A stretch of DNA of 64,000 nucleotides from Octopus sinensis (GCF_006345805.1 NC_043004.1:7502001-7566000); one strand, 5' to 3'. Counted from the stretch's first letter, positions 1 to 13,912 are shown. Numbers and translations: made by a program. Notes: a model not told the origin generated them from the sequence alone.

Positions 1-28
1 CTTTTTTATATTGCTTTTCAAGTATTCT

Positions 29-255
29 TTAACTCTGTATCATTTTAAGCCACCCATATCAGGCCCTAATATTCTACCTGTTTCGTGTTCATACTGGCTA
101 GATCCAGCTTCTCATTTTTAGCCTACAATGTCATTCTAAACATAAACATTCACATCACCAAAATCTCAAAGCTATGGAATAATCCAGGATTAATTCAAAA
201 CAAGGAATAAATAAGCATTACATTTGACAGAGTAATCTCAATTCTAAAGGGTTAA
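29..255. mobile_element. piggyBac-type MITE
   Basis: TTAA at both ends, AAAGGGTTAA terminus; related inverted copy at 11233. Confidence 0.6.
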
Positions 256-1073
256 ACTGATGTTTACTTGTTTTTTTTTCTTATTTTACTTTAGTCTTCT
301 TGTTGGCTGTTTCCTCTTCCAAGAAAGATATTTAGTTCTTTGTGTAAACTACCAAAATTGATGGCATAAAAGGCACAAGGCATATCAGAAGATGCACCCC
401 AATTTCAACATCACATATTTAGGGGAGGGAAATGTTTTTAGTGCATTAAAGCAAGGAGAAAATTAGCTTATGGGAGACCCATCTGTGCATTTGAGACCTG
501 GGATGATCATGGGGTTTTTTTGTTTTCTTTTTAAACATTTTTTTGAGAAGAGAAATGTTTTGTGGGGGCGAAAACTGCTTCTTGTAAACTTAAAGATCTA
601 ACTGGATAGCTGTATATTTATTAGTTGCTGTTTCTTTTAACATTCAACATTAAACAACTTCTGTCCAACCACTCAAAGAATCTGTGTTCTGTTTACATTC
701 ACCAACTGAAAAGATTCTTATCAAACGTAGGTGTTCTTAGTTGAAAATAAAATCACATGGAATACGTACAGGATGGACCACAGTAAAGCTTTGTTACCAG
801 TGAACCAAATATTTGGTGACATATATAATGTTTTCAGAGCAATTCAGCGTGGTGGAGCCCATCCCTCTCATATAATTTCATAAAGCATGTGTAGATTGTC
901 GAGGGAGGGTGTTCTGTTGTGTGTGTGTGTGTTTTCACAAAAGATAAAATATACACTTTCATGGGGCAAATATTGTGTTACTCAGTACCATATTTGATGG
1001 CATATAAAATGTACTCTTTTAAGGCCAAAGTCACCTCAGGTCATGTATGTGAAGTTAGGACTCCTGTAAGCTT

Positions 1074-1400
1074 TCATCATCATTATTTAATGTCCGTTTT
1101 CCATGCTGGCATGGGTTGGACGGTTCAACCAGGGTCTGGGAAGCCAGGAGGCTGCACCAGGGCTCCAATCTGATCTGGCAGTGTTTCTACAGCTGGATGC
1201 CCTTCCTAATGCCAACCACTCAGAGTGTAGTGGCTGCTTTTTACGTGCCAGGGGTGGCTGGTAGCGACCGCAATCGGTTGGTGCTTTTTACGTGCCACCG
1301 GCACAGAAGCCAGTCAAGGCGGCACTGGCCTTGGCCACGTTTGGATGGTGCTTTTTACATGCCACTGTCACAGGTATCACAACTACAATTTCCATTTGAT
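1074..1400 (-). mobile_element. (ATG)n-tailed retroposon, family A
   Basis: (cat)n-ttaatgtccgttttccatgc...ggatgcccttcctaatgccaac; strand inferred from the tail. Confidence 0.85.
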
Positions 1401-1749
1401 ATTTATTTTTCTTGCATTAAAAACTTCTTTTTTTTTTATCCCCTCCCCCTTAAATATGTTCTGCAGAAATCGTGGTACATCTAATAAGTACATACCTGTT
1501 TCATGCCATCAAATACAGAAATTCATATGTTGGTGTGTTATTTATTCAAAAGAGAGTCTTATGATTTATCAAGACAACCTCTAAAGATTTTAGCTTGTCA
1601 GAGTCCACCTGCAAGCTAATGGAACGCTTGTCAATTGGACTATGTTCCCACTACTTCCAGTGGTAAGGTGTTCCTACTCTGTGGCATCTACTGACGACTA
1701 GAGAGAGATTGTGGACTATTTGAGAATAGGTTCTCTTAACCATAATACC

Positions 1750-1950
1750 AGTGTCACACAAATGGCACTCATGCTGTGGCACATAAAAGCACCCATTAAA
1801 GTAGTTGGCGTTAGGAAGGGCATCCAGCTGTAGAAACCATGCCAAATCAGACTGAGTTCTGGTGCAGCCTTCCAGCTTGCCAGCCCATGTCAAACTGTCC
1901 AGCTCATGTCAGCATGGACAACAAGCACTAAATGATGATGATGATGATGA
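1750..1950 (+). mobile_element. Family A retroposon, opposite orientation
   Basis: gttggcgttaggaagggcatccagctgtagaaa...(atg)n. Confidence 0.85.
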
Positions 1951-2689
1951 ACCTAATATATGTGATGGGATACGAACTAGTGACCTCTTGGTTGACAAAC
2001 CAAGCCAATTATACTTTTATTGTATGTATCATAAATAGGTGGTGGTGGTGGTGTAGTAGTAGTAGTAGTAGTAGTAGTAACAGTAGTAGTAGTGGTAGTA
2101 GCATGCGCTGTAACAAAATGTCACTGCATCCATAATTTGTTGGTGATTCCCTACTCCTGGCATCTGACACCTTTGCACCACCCAAGTGACAACCCTCCAA
2201 CTCCGGGGTCTCTTTTGGGTAGTCGTTGCTGGTAAGGGTTTTACAAAGTCAGAGTGCAAATCCCACCTCAGCCCCTTTTAGTCCCCTTTTATGACACGCA
2301 GAGTAAACACTGGGTCTATTCTTTGACATGCTGATTGCCGTTCAGCACCTGTATGAAATACAAGTTATTTAGTTTTAAGTAATGCCTCGTGGGAATCTGG
2401 GAATCGGCTGAAATCCCCACCTGTGAAGTGACAAAAGGCTTTGGTTGTTTGAATACAAAGTCTTGCCAAGGATTATAAGTGAAGCATGAATATAATTAAG
2501 GGTGAGATGCTGTGTGCATATTGTGTATAAATGGAATTCTAAAATGAAATAACTTTTATATATCAAATTTCCACAGTAATTCAATTAAAAAAAGAACAAT
2601 CTGGATGCTTTGTTGGATTGTTATTTATATTTTTTTTTATGGGAAAGAAGATACTGCTTTAAATCAATTCTCTCTCTTTCTCTCTCTCT

Positions 2690-2920
2690 CTCCATATATA
2701 TATATATATAACCAAGAAGAAAGCAACAAGAATGGATCGGTAGTTTATATATATATATATATATAGATAGATAGATTGAGAGAGAGATTTGTATAAAATT
2801 TTATAATTTTTTATATATTTATATAAAATTATATAATTTTTCTATATATTTATATATATAGAGATTTATATAAAATTATATAATTTTTTATATGTTTATA
2901 TATATATATATATACATATA
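2690..2920. repeat. AT-rich minisatellite and (TA)n tracts
   Basis: Three imperfect units of tttatataaaattatataattttt between (TA)n runs. Confidence 0.85.
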
Positions 2921-3286
2921 TACTGTTGTGTCTGGGGAGAGTCATTCTCTTTTGGTGCCTTACAATTTAACACATTCACTGTTAAGATTTGCACTTGTTT
3001 CTTTCTTATTTTTCTAAAATTTTTGTTGCATCTTACAACTTTTTATTATGGTTAAGTGAAAAATAAAAATTTAAAAAAATTAGTGGAAATTTTACTGGTG
3101 AGTTGTTAAATTATAAGGGACTAAAAGTGAATTACTCTCCCCAGGCATAACAGAATATGCTTCAACACATGACCTCACATAAAGAATCTTGCAAACCAGA
3201 TCCAAAAACGAAATATATAATTTTTTATATACCATCCAACCCATGCCAGCATGGAAAACGGATGTTAAACGATGATGATATATATA

Positions 3287-3339
<53 letters not shown>

Positions 3340-3341
<2 letters not shown>

Positions 3342-3700
3342 TGTATACTCTTTTATTTGTTTCAGTCATTTGATTGTGACCATGCTGTGTGTTGACCCCA
3401 GGACTTATTCTTTGTAAGCCTAGTACTTATTCTATCGGTCTCTTTTTGCCAAACCGCTAAGTTACGGTGACATAAATACACCAGCATTGGTTGTCAAGTG
3501 ATGTTGGGGGGACAAACAGGTACACGCACACACACGCACACACATACATGACGACCTTCTTTCAGTTTCCGTTTACCAAATCCACTCACAAGACTTTGGT
3601 CGGCCTGAGGCTAAAGTAGAAGACACTTGCCCAAGGTGGGACTGAACCCAGAACCATGTGGTTCGTAAGCAAGCTACTTACCACACAGCCACTCCTACAC
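3340..3700 (-). mobile_element. tRNA-headed SINE, family B
   Basis: Reverse complement of ggagtggctgtgtggtaagtagcttgct head, ggcaccttgggcaagtgtctt core, internal (CA)n. Confidence 0.85.
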
Positions 3701-4211
3701 CTTTATATATATATATATACACGCACACACACATAATTTTAAATTAAATTTTAAATGTTCAATCTAATGTTTTTTTTGTGTTTCTTAAATGGCTTATAAA
3801 CACCTTCTACGCTGCAATCGTTTATATATATATATATATTCATATCCCTCTATTTGACTATCCCTTCCCCCCCCTTCCTATTACATCCTTCTTCCTGGCC
3901 AAATCTCTCCTCTTTTTCTTCCTCTAAATATTCTTTATATTTATTTCAAGAAATACTCTTCCATAATTATTTTCTCTTTTTATTCTCCTCCCCCTCCTCA
4001 TTCTTTCTATCTCCTTCCACTGTCTCTCTCCCCCCTACACATCTCTTTTCTCACCCTTTCCTTTTCTCCACTCGTACACACACACATATTCTCCAACCTT
4101 TCATTCTGTTTCTATGTCTGTTGTAAACCAAAGCCTATTTCTATCCTCATCTTCCCTCACAAACGGATATAAACTGAAGTGTTTAGAAACCTACCCTTCA
4201 CTCACATGTGC

Positions 4212-4249
<38 letters not shown>

Positions 4250-5147
4250 CCTGCACACCCACATTAACACATGCTTTTTAATCCAACTGCATCGCATACT
4301 TAATATCACACACACAAACTCGTGTGCTTTCACTTGTTTACCTCTACTCTTCTTCATTACACACACACACACCCTCCCTCATAAATACATACACATACAC
4401 AAATATGTGTTTACACACATCCATACATGTGATGCACACTTCTACGCAGACTGCATCTTCACCCAGCATCCTTCTATTTCAAGATGTCTTCAATGAGGTT
4501 GTGTATGTATCATAATGCACACCACCACCACCACCACCGAGGGAAGAAGAGAAAGAAAAGAAGACGGATTAAATGGAAATTAAAATAACTTTTGGCAATG
4601 ATTAGAATATAAATACGGCAGGTAACAGTGCTCAGTGATAGTGGTGTCTGACATTGGTACCTGGGTACAAATATAGAGGCAGGTGGGTACAGTAAATTGA
4701 ATCAGTCCCTCAGTCAATGACTGGTACATGTTTTATGAACCCCAAACTGAGAGGAAGGCCAAAACCTTACTTTGAGGTTTTCTTTTCAAACAGTGCCAGA
4801 CTAAATTCCTTGCATTTCATCTGGCATTACTCAATTATGTCGGGATTGAGTATTCACTTACATCCCTTGATAGGGATGAGAGTAAATACTTCAAGGTATT
4901 TTAGTCAGGTACACAACTATTTGTGCCTCTTCACCTCTCTAAAATGCTAATAATAATAATAATAATAATAATAATTCTTTCTAGTATAGGTACAAGGCCT
5001 GAAATCTGGGAAAGGGGACAGTCAATTACATCGACCCTAATACTCAGCTGTCACTTAATTTATCGACCTCCCTCCCTAATGAAAAAGGCTGAAAGCAAGG
5101 TCAATCAACCCCAGTGGAATTTGACCTTAGGAAACAATGAAGATGGC

Positions 5148-5460
5148 CATCAGGTGTCTTGGGGAGGTTTCGAACCGGTGTTCTCATTCCTAAGGTATTT
5201 TTCGATGTTGTTGTTGTTGTTATTATTCAGGTCACTGCCTGGAATCGAACTTGGAATCTTGGGGTTAGTAGATTCCGAGTTCGATTCCAGGTAGTGACCT
5301 GAATAATAATAATAACATCGAAAAGTACTTTAGGAATGAGAACCCAGGTTCAAAATTTCCCCAAGACACTTGATGAAGGCTGGAGGGTATATCAGCCGAA
5401 ATGTTGTGTTAACAATAAACAAGAAGAGGACAAATATCCGTCAAATGTAAATAATGTAAA
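5148..5460. mobile_element. Head-to-head inverted pair of the tRNA-headed hammerhead repeat
   Basis: Left arm 5148-5259 is the reverse complement of right arm 5270-5375 around a 10-nt loop; right arm continues through the ribozyme motif. Confidence 0.85.
5365..5410 (+). ncRNA. Degenerate hammerhead motif copy
   Basis: GACAC TTGATGA A GGCTG...CAGCC GAAA TGTT GTGTT. Confidence 0.45.
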
Positions 5461-5891
5461 TACATGTTCTTTTGAATTTTGGCACAAAGCCAGAATTTTG
5501 AGGGGAGGTCCAAGAAATTAATTACTACATTGACCCCAGTATGTAACTGGTACTTATTTTATCAACCCTGCAAAAGAGGAAAGGCCAAGTCAACCTTGAT
5601 AGAATCTAGAAGCTCTCCACCTTTATAATAATAATTGCTTCTAATTTAGGCACTAGGGAGCAGTTTTGAGGGGAGGGGGCTAGTGGATTGAACAGACCCT
5701 AGTACTTGATTGGCATTTTATTTTATCCATTGTGGAAGGATGGAAAGTAAAGCTGATCTTGGTGGAATTGGAACTCAGAATATTGGTAGACATAAACTGT
5801 GCACCCAGGTATTTTGCCTGACGCTCTACTGTGTCTGCTGCCACCCTAACATAGTAATAATAAATTGTATGAAGAAAACACTCAACTACAT

Positions 5892-5948
<57 letters not shown>

Positions 5949-8566
5949 TTTCACCTGGTTCTTCACCATCCAGTCTCTCTTCCTAAACTGTAGACATTAA
6001 AAAAAAATGACCTGACTTCACTCAGTGATGAATTACATTGGCTCATGTTTTTTTTTTTCTTCCATTTTTTTTTCTCTTTTCGTTTTTTTCAAATTTTAAA
6101 TCTATCAGTTTCACCAGAAATTCCAGCATGGTGATAGCAACAGATGTGCCATGTCTAGCTAGAGGATACTACAACAGTATGATTGTATCTCTCGAAATAC
6201 TGATAGCAACACATCTACCACGTCTAGCTAGCTTTCATATATTTTACAGTAGAACATCATCCACTGGAATGGTACAATGCCAAACAAGAGCTGGAAATTG
6301 CTTTATCACACTCACTTTTCTTTCTTTCTTTTTCTCTCTCCTTCTTTACTTTTTCACCTCTTCTTCTTTCTTTTCCCTACTCTTCTCAACTTTTTTTCTT
6401 TTCTGTCTTCTCTTTCCTAAAAGTAGACAGATTTCACTTAGGAGCTGAAAGCCGGTCCTTAACTCTGGTTTTCTTGATATTAAGTGGATGAGAAACAAAT
6501 CTCGTTGATTAATGTATTAACCTTAGATAACATTCACAAAGAATTTGGTAGTTCTTCCCTTATTCTGCAACTTGTAAAATCCGTCTATAGTTATGATGGC
6601 CCTTATGATTGGTACATAACTTGTTCTTATTTTATTGCTTACACCACCACCCCCATCTCTCTCTCCATTCCCCATCCATCCCCCCATTTTCTCAACTAAG
6701 TACCCAGATTTATAACTAATATATATAGAGCATCTTGTAGCTGATAACAATATTACCTTACTTTACGTAAACCTTTATCAATCTACCACCCACCTTGACT
6801 CCAGTGCCAATTAGACAAATTTAATTTAATTTACTGCTTCTGCTGCTGAAAGAAAGTTTTAAAATTCAAAACTATTTTTAAATGTTCGTTAATATCATTG
6901 ATAATTGTTATAAATTTTTGGTTTGGTTTTAAAACATTTCTAGTTTTGTAATCTCAGTTTTACTCTTTCTCTCTCTCTCTTTTCCCTCCCTTTCCCTTCT
7001 ATCTTATTTTCCCTTTCTTTTCTCTCCCCTTCTCTCTATATATCTACCTGTTGCCTTTCTCTCCACCTGCCACAATCTCTCCTTCAGCTTCTCTCGTCTT
7101 TTATTTTCTCTCTCTCTCCCCTCTCACTGATTTTAATCAACTGAGATACAAACATTGATGCAGGAGTGGTGGAAATATTTTTCCGATACCCTTCATATCA
7201 TCAACCATTTTATAGAGGGCACAGGTTATATTTGTAGAGAGGTTAGCATTTCCTTGACAAGACTCCTCGTCCATTGTTGTCTCCACTTATTCACTGCTCA
7301 CTTTGCAGTGTGTCTATAGAATTTGTGGGGCAGAAACTGTACATGAAATGTCTGCAAATAAAATGTTTGCAGGAGAGGTGACAATGGGATTCCCATTTGG
7401 GATTGTCATGTGAATGGAGGAAGAAAGATGGGATATTCACAGTGCCGTGAAATTGGCAATAACAATTTTCTGTAATAGAAATGGGTCGAAGAAGATTTAG
7501 AAAAGAAAGAGTCGGGACTGAGTTGAGAAAACAGAGGGTTCCGTAGAAGACAACCTGGAAGGTGTTGCAAAGCTCATTGCATCAAAGAAAAACCTAAAAC
7601 TCATTTTGATGATTTCTTGATTCAAGCAATGTGTCGTGAGAAAGGCAACTCTACATTCATACAATGAATATAAACACTATATAATCATCATCATCATTTA
7701 AATGTCTCCACTTCTCCTTGTATGGGTCAGATGGAATCTGTTGAGGCAGATTTTCTTTACAGCCAAATGCTCTTCCTGTTGCTAACCCTAACCTGTTTCC
7801 ATGGAAACAGATAACACCACTTATATGATGATATCACTCATTTACAACTACCATGCAATAGCACAAGGAGACACACACATACAAGTGTATATGTATGTAT
7901 ACATACACATTTAGATATATACATAAATATATATATATACATATATATACATGTGTGTGGATTTACTTATATATATATATATATTCTCCCATTGTTAGAC
8001 GACGTATAAAGGTCTGACAATTTCTTACTGAACAACCAGACAGATGATTTGTTTATAGTGATCAAATGTTTGTGTAGACTTAAGGTCACTTCCTCAATCA
8101 GATCGACATTACCTGTACAGGTGCAACGGGTGCCACGTGTCAGATGTGGAAATGATTGCAGAGCAACATGAAATGAAGTGCTTTGCTCAAAAACACAACA
8201 CAGCATCCAATCTGGGAATTGAACCCATGATCTCGCAATCCTGAATGCAACACCTTAACCACTAAGCCATGCGCCTTCACTTATGTGTGTGTGTGTGTGT
8301 ATGCATATACATACACACATTTGTTAAATGATGATATAGATAGAGAGTGTAGATATACATGTGTATACACACACACACATGATGGTCTTCTTTCAGTTTC
8401 TGTCTGCCAAATGCCTTCACAAGGCTCTGCTCCACCTGGAGTAGAAGTCACTATGCCCACGGTGCCTCGCAGTGGAACTGAACTTGGAACATGTTGAAGT
8501 GCTGACTTCTTAACCACACTGCAACAAGTGTGTTAGTTAATCGTTTGACCTTTTTCCCTTGATTAG

Positions 8567-8674
8567 GAAATGGCAGTCTTAGCGACTTTAAAGATGTAGG
8601 GCTAACAATATCACTGACTGACCGAAATACATTAATAGAGAAAGTGGAAGAGCCGCAACAGAGAAGTGAACTTG
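8567..8674 (+). CDS. Possible upstream exon (GNGSLSDFKDVGLTISLTDRNTLIEKVEEPQQRSEL)
   Basis: Pyrimidine tract + ttag acceptor, 108 nt open, protein-like composition; donor gtatcc is weak and no homology recognised. Confidence 0.2.
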
Positions 8675-9042
8675 GTATCCCAGGCATTGTTTGTCGATAG
8701 GGTTCACTCCTTTGGTTTTGTGATTCAACAGACCCAGGAATATGAATGTGAAAGTCATCGCTATTGTTACTGTTCAAGCATGGGTGTGTGAATAAAAGGT
8801 TTCCACCACACACACACACACACACATACATGTACCTGTGTGGTAGGAGGTATCCAGATATTAAATTTAAAAGCATTTAAGTCTAGACAGAAATAATGAA
8901 ACATTTGCACAACAATCAAACTCTCTTATTTTTACTTAATTAACTAATTATGCTTTTGAAATTTTATTTATTTTTCATTCAACTCATTGTAAAACTGGAA
9001 GAAATAGTTAGGAATGCTTACACACACACACGCGCACACACA

Positions 9043-9079
<37 letters not shown>

Positions 9080-9644
9080 TCTCTCTCTCTCTCTCACCCC
9101 CCCCCCTCTAATTATACTTTGTACACTGATTCATAAGACTTTCTTTGTCAGGAATAATTTTTAAATCCCACCACTAAAAGTAAACAGCTGCTCTGTTTGT
9201 TTATCTTTTCTTTTGTTTCATTTTTAGTGAGGTGGATAAATGGAAATTATTTTCATTAAACTGTCATCATCATCATCATCATCATCATCATTTTGATATC
9301 CACTTTTCAATGCTTGCATGGGTCAGATTGTGTACATCTGTATTTAACATGGTTGTGTGCACTCAACTATAGAAAAGATCTTTACTACTGTGTCTTAGAA
9401 AAACAAAAATTCTCCTTACAATGTGTGCAAAAATCTACTGAGCTGGATTATGAATGACATCATTAGACTGCAAAGCAGGCATTTCTGCATGGTTGCACTT
9501 CATCAGTCACAGCCACAGAATCCATCATTCATAGCCCACTAAGAACTGCTGTTCTTATTTCTAAACATCAAAGCATAAAATTACTGGCAAATGCAAAGCT
9601 TTTGTCAAACTAGAATTAATTAATGATCTTCTAAACGAGTGATA

Positions 9645-10415
9645 GGTGCAGGCCTGGATGTGTGGTTAAGAAACTTGTTTTTGAACCATGAGTTTCAGGT
9701 TTCCAGTTCAGTATTGCTGTGCAGCACCTTGGGCAAGGGTCTTGCATTGACATGTGCCTTTTGAATAAATTTCATTAGAAACTGTGTGGAAGCCTGTCAT
9801 GTGTGTATGCCTGTGTCTTTGGGTTTGTCCACTCCACCGCTTAACAACTGATGTTAGTTTGTTTACATTCCCGTAACTTAACAGTTTGGCAAAAGAATCC
9901 AATATAATAATGAAGAAAAATAAGTCCTGGTGTCTGTCTGTTCTAGTAAGCCCTTGAAGACAGTGTCCCGGCCACAGTCCAAGTGAAAGGCATGTCCAAC
10001 CTATACCTGCAGGGGAAAGGTAGGCATAAAATGGTGATGGTGATATATATTACAGTATAAAAAAAATTCTGGTGCAGGCTTGGTTGTTTGGTTAGAAGCT
10101 TGCTTCCTAGCCACATGGTTCTGGGTTCAGTCCCACTGCATGACACCTTGGGAAAGTGTCTTCTACTATAGCCTTGAGCCAACCTAAGCTTTGAGTGGAT
10201 TTGGTACACGGAAACTGAAAGAAGCTTATCTTGTGTGTGTCTGTGTTTGTCTCCCACCACTGCTTGACAACAAGTGTTTGGCAAAAGAGACCGACTGAAT
10301 AAGTGCCCGGCTTTAAAAACGGGTATGTGCAGGGGTTGATTCATTTGGCTAAAATTTCTTCAAAGTGGTGCCCCAGCATGGCCACAGACTAATGACTGGA
10401 AGAGATAAAAGGTAA
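9645..10415 (+). mobile_element. Two near-tandem family B SINEs (9645-9990, 10070-10415)
   Basis: Two ggtgcaggc...gtggttaag heads each followed by core and tail. Confidence 0.75.
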
Positions 10416-10502
10416 AAGATGAAAAGATAATTTCTAAGATACTCCAAACGTCTCAAATTCTTGTAGGGACATTCTGTTCTTTTGAGTTTATTAACTTCAC
10501 AT

Positions 10503-11062
10503 TATCATCATCATCGTTTAATGTCCGCTTTCCATGCTAGCATGGGTTGGATGATTTTGACTGAGGTCTGGCAAACCAGATGGCTGCACGAGGCTCCAAT
10601 CTTGATCTGGCAGAGTTACAACAGCTGGATGCCCTTCGTAACGCCAACCACTCCGAGAGTGTAGTGGGTGCTTTTTTCGTGCCACCGGCATGGAGCCACT
10701 CAGGCGATACTGGCAATGACCTCGCTCGAATCTTTTTACACGCACCACCGGCACAGGTGCCAGTAAGGCGATGCTGATAAGGATCACGCTTGAATAGTGC
10801 CTTTTACATGCCACCGGCATGGAAACCAGTTAGCCACTCTGGCAACAATCACACTCGGATGGTGCTCTTAGCACCCTACTAGCACAGGGCACAAGTGCCA
10901 GTAAGATGATGCTGGTAACGATAACACTCGAATGGTGCCTTTTATGTGCCACTGGCATGGAAGCCAGTTAGCCACTCTGTCAATGATCATACTCATATGG
11001 TGCTCTTTGCACCCTGATAGCACGGAGGCCAGTCACCGAATTTCATTTTGATTTTGATTTCA
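10503..11062 (-). mobile_element. Family A retroposon with internal 60-70 bp tandem units
   Basis: Repeated ggtgc(c/t)ttttac(g/a)tgccaccggca units. Confidence 0.85.
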
Positions 11063-11232
11063 CTGAATTTAAATAAATCTAAAACTGTTGACCCCAGAAT
11101 GAAGAAAGATAAAATCGCTTCTGACTTTATTAGTCTTCTAAATCAATGTAAAATACTTTTTTTGTTCAAGTGATTCATCAAAATAATAATAATAATAATA
11201 ATAATGAGCATCTATGATAATGCCCATGGGTT

Positions 11233-11463
11233 TTAACCCTTCCGCATTCAGATTCCTCCACCAAATTTAATCCTTGTTCATTAAGGTTCTTTTGAATTAA
11301 TCACGCATTATCTTGCAGCTTTTGATATTTTGGTGGTATGACTGTTTATGTTTCGAATGACATTGTAGGGTAGGTGTGAGAGGTCAGACCTCAACGTTTT
11401 GAACATGAATCAGAAAGAATATTTGAACCAGACACACGGCTGGTTTAAATGTGAAAGGGTTAT
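11233..11463. mobile_element. piggyBac-type MITE
   Basis: TTAACCCTTCCGCATT...AATGTGAAAGGGTTAT; similar to reverse complement of 29-255. Confidence 0.6.
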
Positions 11464-12372
11464 AAAAAGTTCTCCTATAACTCTAATATATTATGCAACT
11501 GTTTTATTTATTATGATTTCAGCTGAGTTCTCTTGCCAAAGAATTAATCATGATTATTATAGAAGCAGTATCTTTGTGTGTGTAGGTGTGGGGGTGGGGT
11601 GGCAGGCGGATTTTCTCTTTTTTTTTTAAGATACAGACTAACCTATGATGGTTTAACTGATGGGTAATAATATCGATGTAATTCCTCTTTCAAATCCACT
11701 TTGGGTAGAGCTGGCCATGTGTCACATTTTGAAACAGGGTGTGTCAATATTCGTTAGACTTAATCCTCTTCCCCCCCTCTTTCTCTCCCCCTCTCATCTC
11801 TCTCTCTCTCTCTACACTTTTAAAAATCCTATTTCTTGATGTACTGTTGTTTATCTCAGAATTAATCTTTTATACTAATCAACCCGACTGCCACCACCAC
11901 CACCCTGTTTCTGCTGCTGCTGCTGCTAGTAACTCTAGCCATTTTTGTCAATTTGAATTCTGGCAGCAGTTTATGTTATCTCAAATTAACAATAATCTCT
12001 TACAAAACCAAGTTCACTCTCTCTCTCTCACTCTTTCTCTCTCTCTCACTCTTTCTCTCTCTCTCACTCTCTCTCTCACTCTCTCAGTCTCTCTCTCTCT
12101 CTCTCATCACTTTTATACAAAAGATGGCAGTCTCTTCCATATGTTGTTGATAACAGAATTTGCTGTGCTCATCTACTAATGTCTTGTGATGTTTAGTTAG
12201 TGTTATGTTCTGGGTTCAAATGCCACAAGGGCCATCAGTATCCTGGGGCTATAAAATGTGTGCTAGTCAATATTGTAAAATAGTCTGTTGACTGTATTCC
12301 TCCCTAAAACTTGTAGTTCTTGTAGCAAAACCAGAAGCCATAAGGTTGTCATTACTTATTGTTGGTTTAAAT

Positions 12373-12850
12373 CGGGGCTTGCTGAAGGGGATCTGAGGGA
12401 CCCCTTAGGGATTGGTGAGGAATTACAGGGAGTCGATGATAGCCAACGGGTCGAATGTGGGTCGGCACCTAGATAAACAGCTTGGAATACTTAGTCAGCG
12501 CCATGCTCATCCCTTGCATTGATATTCTCAATTTCGGTAAAAGATATTCCAGCAATATGATGAGTTACTCACATTTTCTAACCGTGAAAACTATTTCATA
12601 AAAATTCAAAGTTTAATACTGTATACTCGTACTTTTAAATGTAAAAAGTGTGTCATCTTCAATAGAATTTCTTAATTTGTCGTACATGCATATTTTAGCT
12701 AAAATTTTAATTGCCAGCATCAGAACCTGGTACACATTTAAGATATGGTAAAATAGGGTGACGGTATTAAGATATTTTAAATGAAGAGGGTGGTCAATGC
12801 AGAAGAAGTGGCTAAAAGGGATCGATGGTGGAAAAAGTTTGGTGACCCTG
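12373..12850. mobile_element. hAT-type MITE
   Basis: 8-bp direct repeat gtttaaat at 12365-12372 and 12851-12858; right end aaagtttggtgaccctg; left TIR imperfect. Confidence 0.6.
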
Positions 12851-13079
12851 GTTTAAATAAATAATGTTTGACATAAATAATGGAGAGTGTTTGGTTCCGA
12901 GTTAAAATCATATCGGTATCAACTTTGTTTTTGCTCTTCCGCAAGTCAATGGAAATGGTAATACACTAGGCTTTATTAGATCCATTACACCCTTTCTCCA
13001 ACTTATGTAGGCTTGTGCTAAAAGGTCAGTCAAGAAATCTTGTTTCACTATAGTCATTTTCTCCTCTCTCTCTCTGTCT

Positions 13080-13470
13080 GTACACTCTTTGACTTGTTTC
13101 TGTCAGTGGATTATGGCTCTCCTGAGAGGACCACTTTTTGAAGAGTTTGGTCGATAGAATCAACCCCTGCGTGTACTCTTATATCTGGTACTTGTTCTTT
13201 TGATCTCCTTTTGCTGAACTGCTAGGTCTCAGGCTCAGAAACAAACCAACATCAGTTGTCAAGTGTTGAAGGACAAACACGAACACTTAAGATGCCTGCT
13301 TACACACACACACACGCGTGCACGTGCATGTGACAGGCTTCCACGCAGTTTCTACCTAGCAAATTCACTGACAAGGCATTGGTCTGCCTTGGGCTACAAT
13401 AGAAAACATTTGTCCAAGGTGCCATGCAGTGGAACTGAACCCAGAACCATTTGATTGCAAAGTGAACTTC
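13080..13470 (-). mobile_element. tRNA-headed SINE, family B
   Basis: Same core and tail motifs, diverged. Confidence 0.7.
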
Positions 13471-13659
13471 CTGTCTAGACTCCTGTGTTTGACATGTCAT
13501 CATCATCATCTTGATAATCATTTCTACATCCACTTTCCCGTGCTGGCATGGCAAAGTGGATGGCCCCTCCTCAAAGCAGCATCTCACCACCTGTAGTGTT
13601 CTGTTAGCCATTTCTTCTTTGGTTTATCAAAATCAATCAAAAAATCAATGGAAATTGTA

Positions 13660-13912
13660 GTTGTGATACCAGTGCCGGTGGCACGTAAAAAGCACCAACC
13701 GATCATGGCCGTTGCCATCCCCGCCTGGCACCTGTGCCGGTGGCATTTAAAAACCACCCACTACACTCACAGAGTGGTTAGCGTTAGAAAGGGCATCCAG
13801 CTGTAGAAACATTGCCAGATCAGACTGGAGCCTGGTGCAGCCTCCTGGCTTACCAGACCCCGGTCGAACCGTCCAACTCATGCTAGCACGGAAAGCAGAC
13901 GTTAAATGATGA
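13660..13912 (+). mobile_element. Family A retroposon
   Basis: Same motifs ending gttaaatgatga. Confidence 0.85.

Noticed and set aside
7141-7670. Protein-like stretches (QEWWKYFSDTLHIINH; RCCKAHCIKEK)
   Set aside because: No usable splice sites in the right phase, frequent stops, no family recognised
10660-11040. CRISPR-like repeat-spacer pattern
   Set aside because: Repeats are degenerate, spacers resemble each other, the array is inside a eukaryotic retroposon and there are no cas genes
11739-12179. 146-aa ORF with His/Ala runs
   Set aside because: Built from CCA, CTG and CT microsatellites; no consensus donor to link it to the gene
12946-13006. 61-nt phase-compatible candidate for the missing WW exon
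   Set aside because: Peptide NGNGNTLGFIRSITPFLQL has no WW residues and both splice sites are weak
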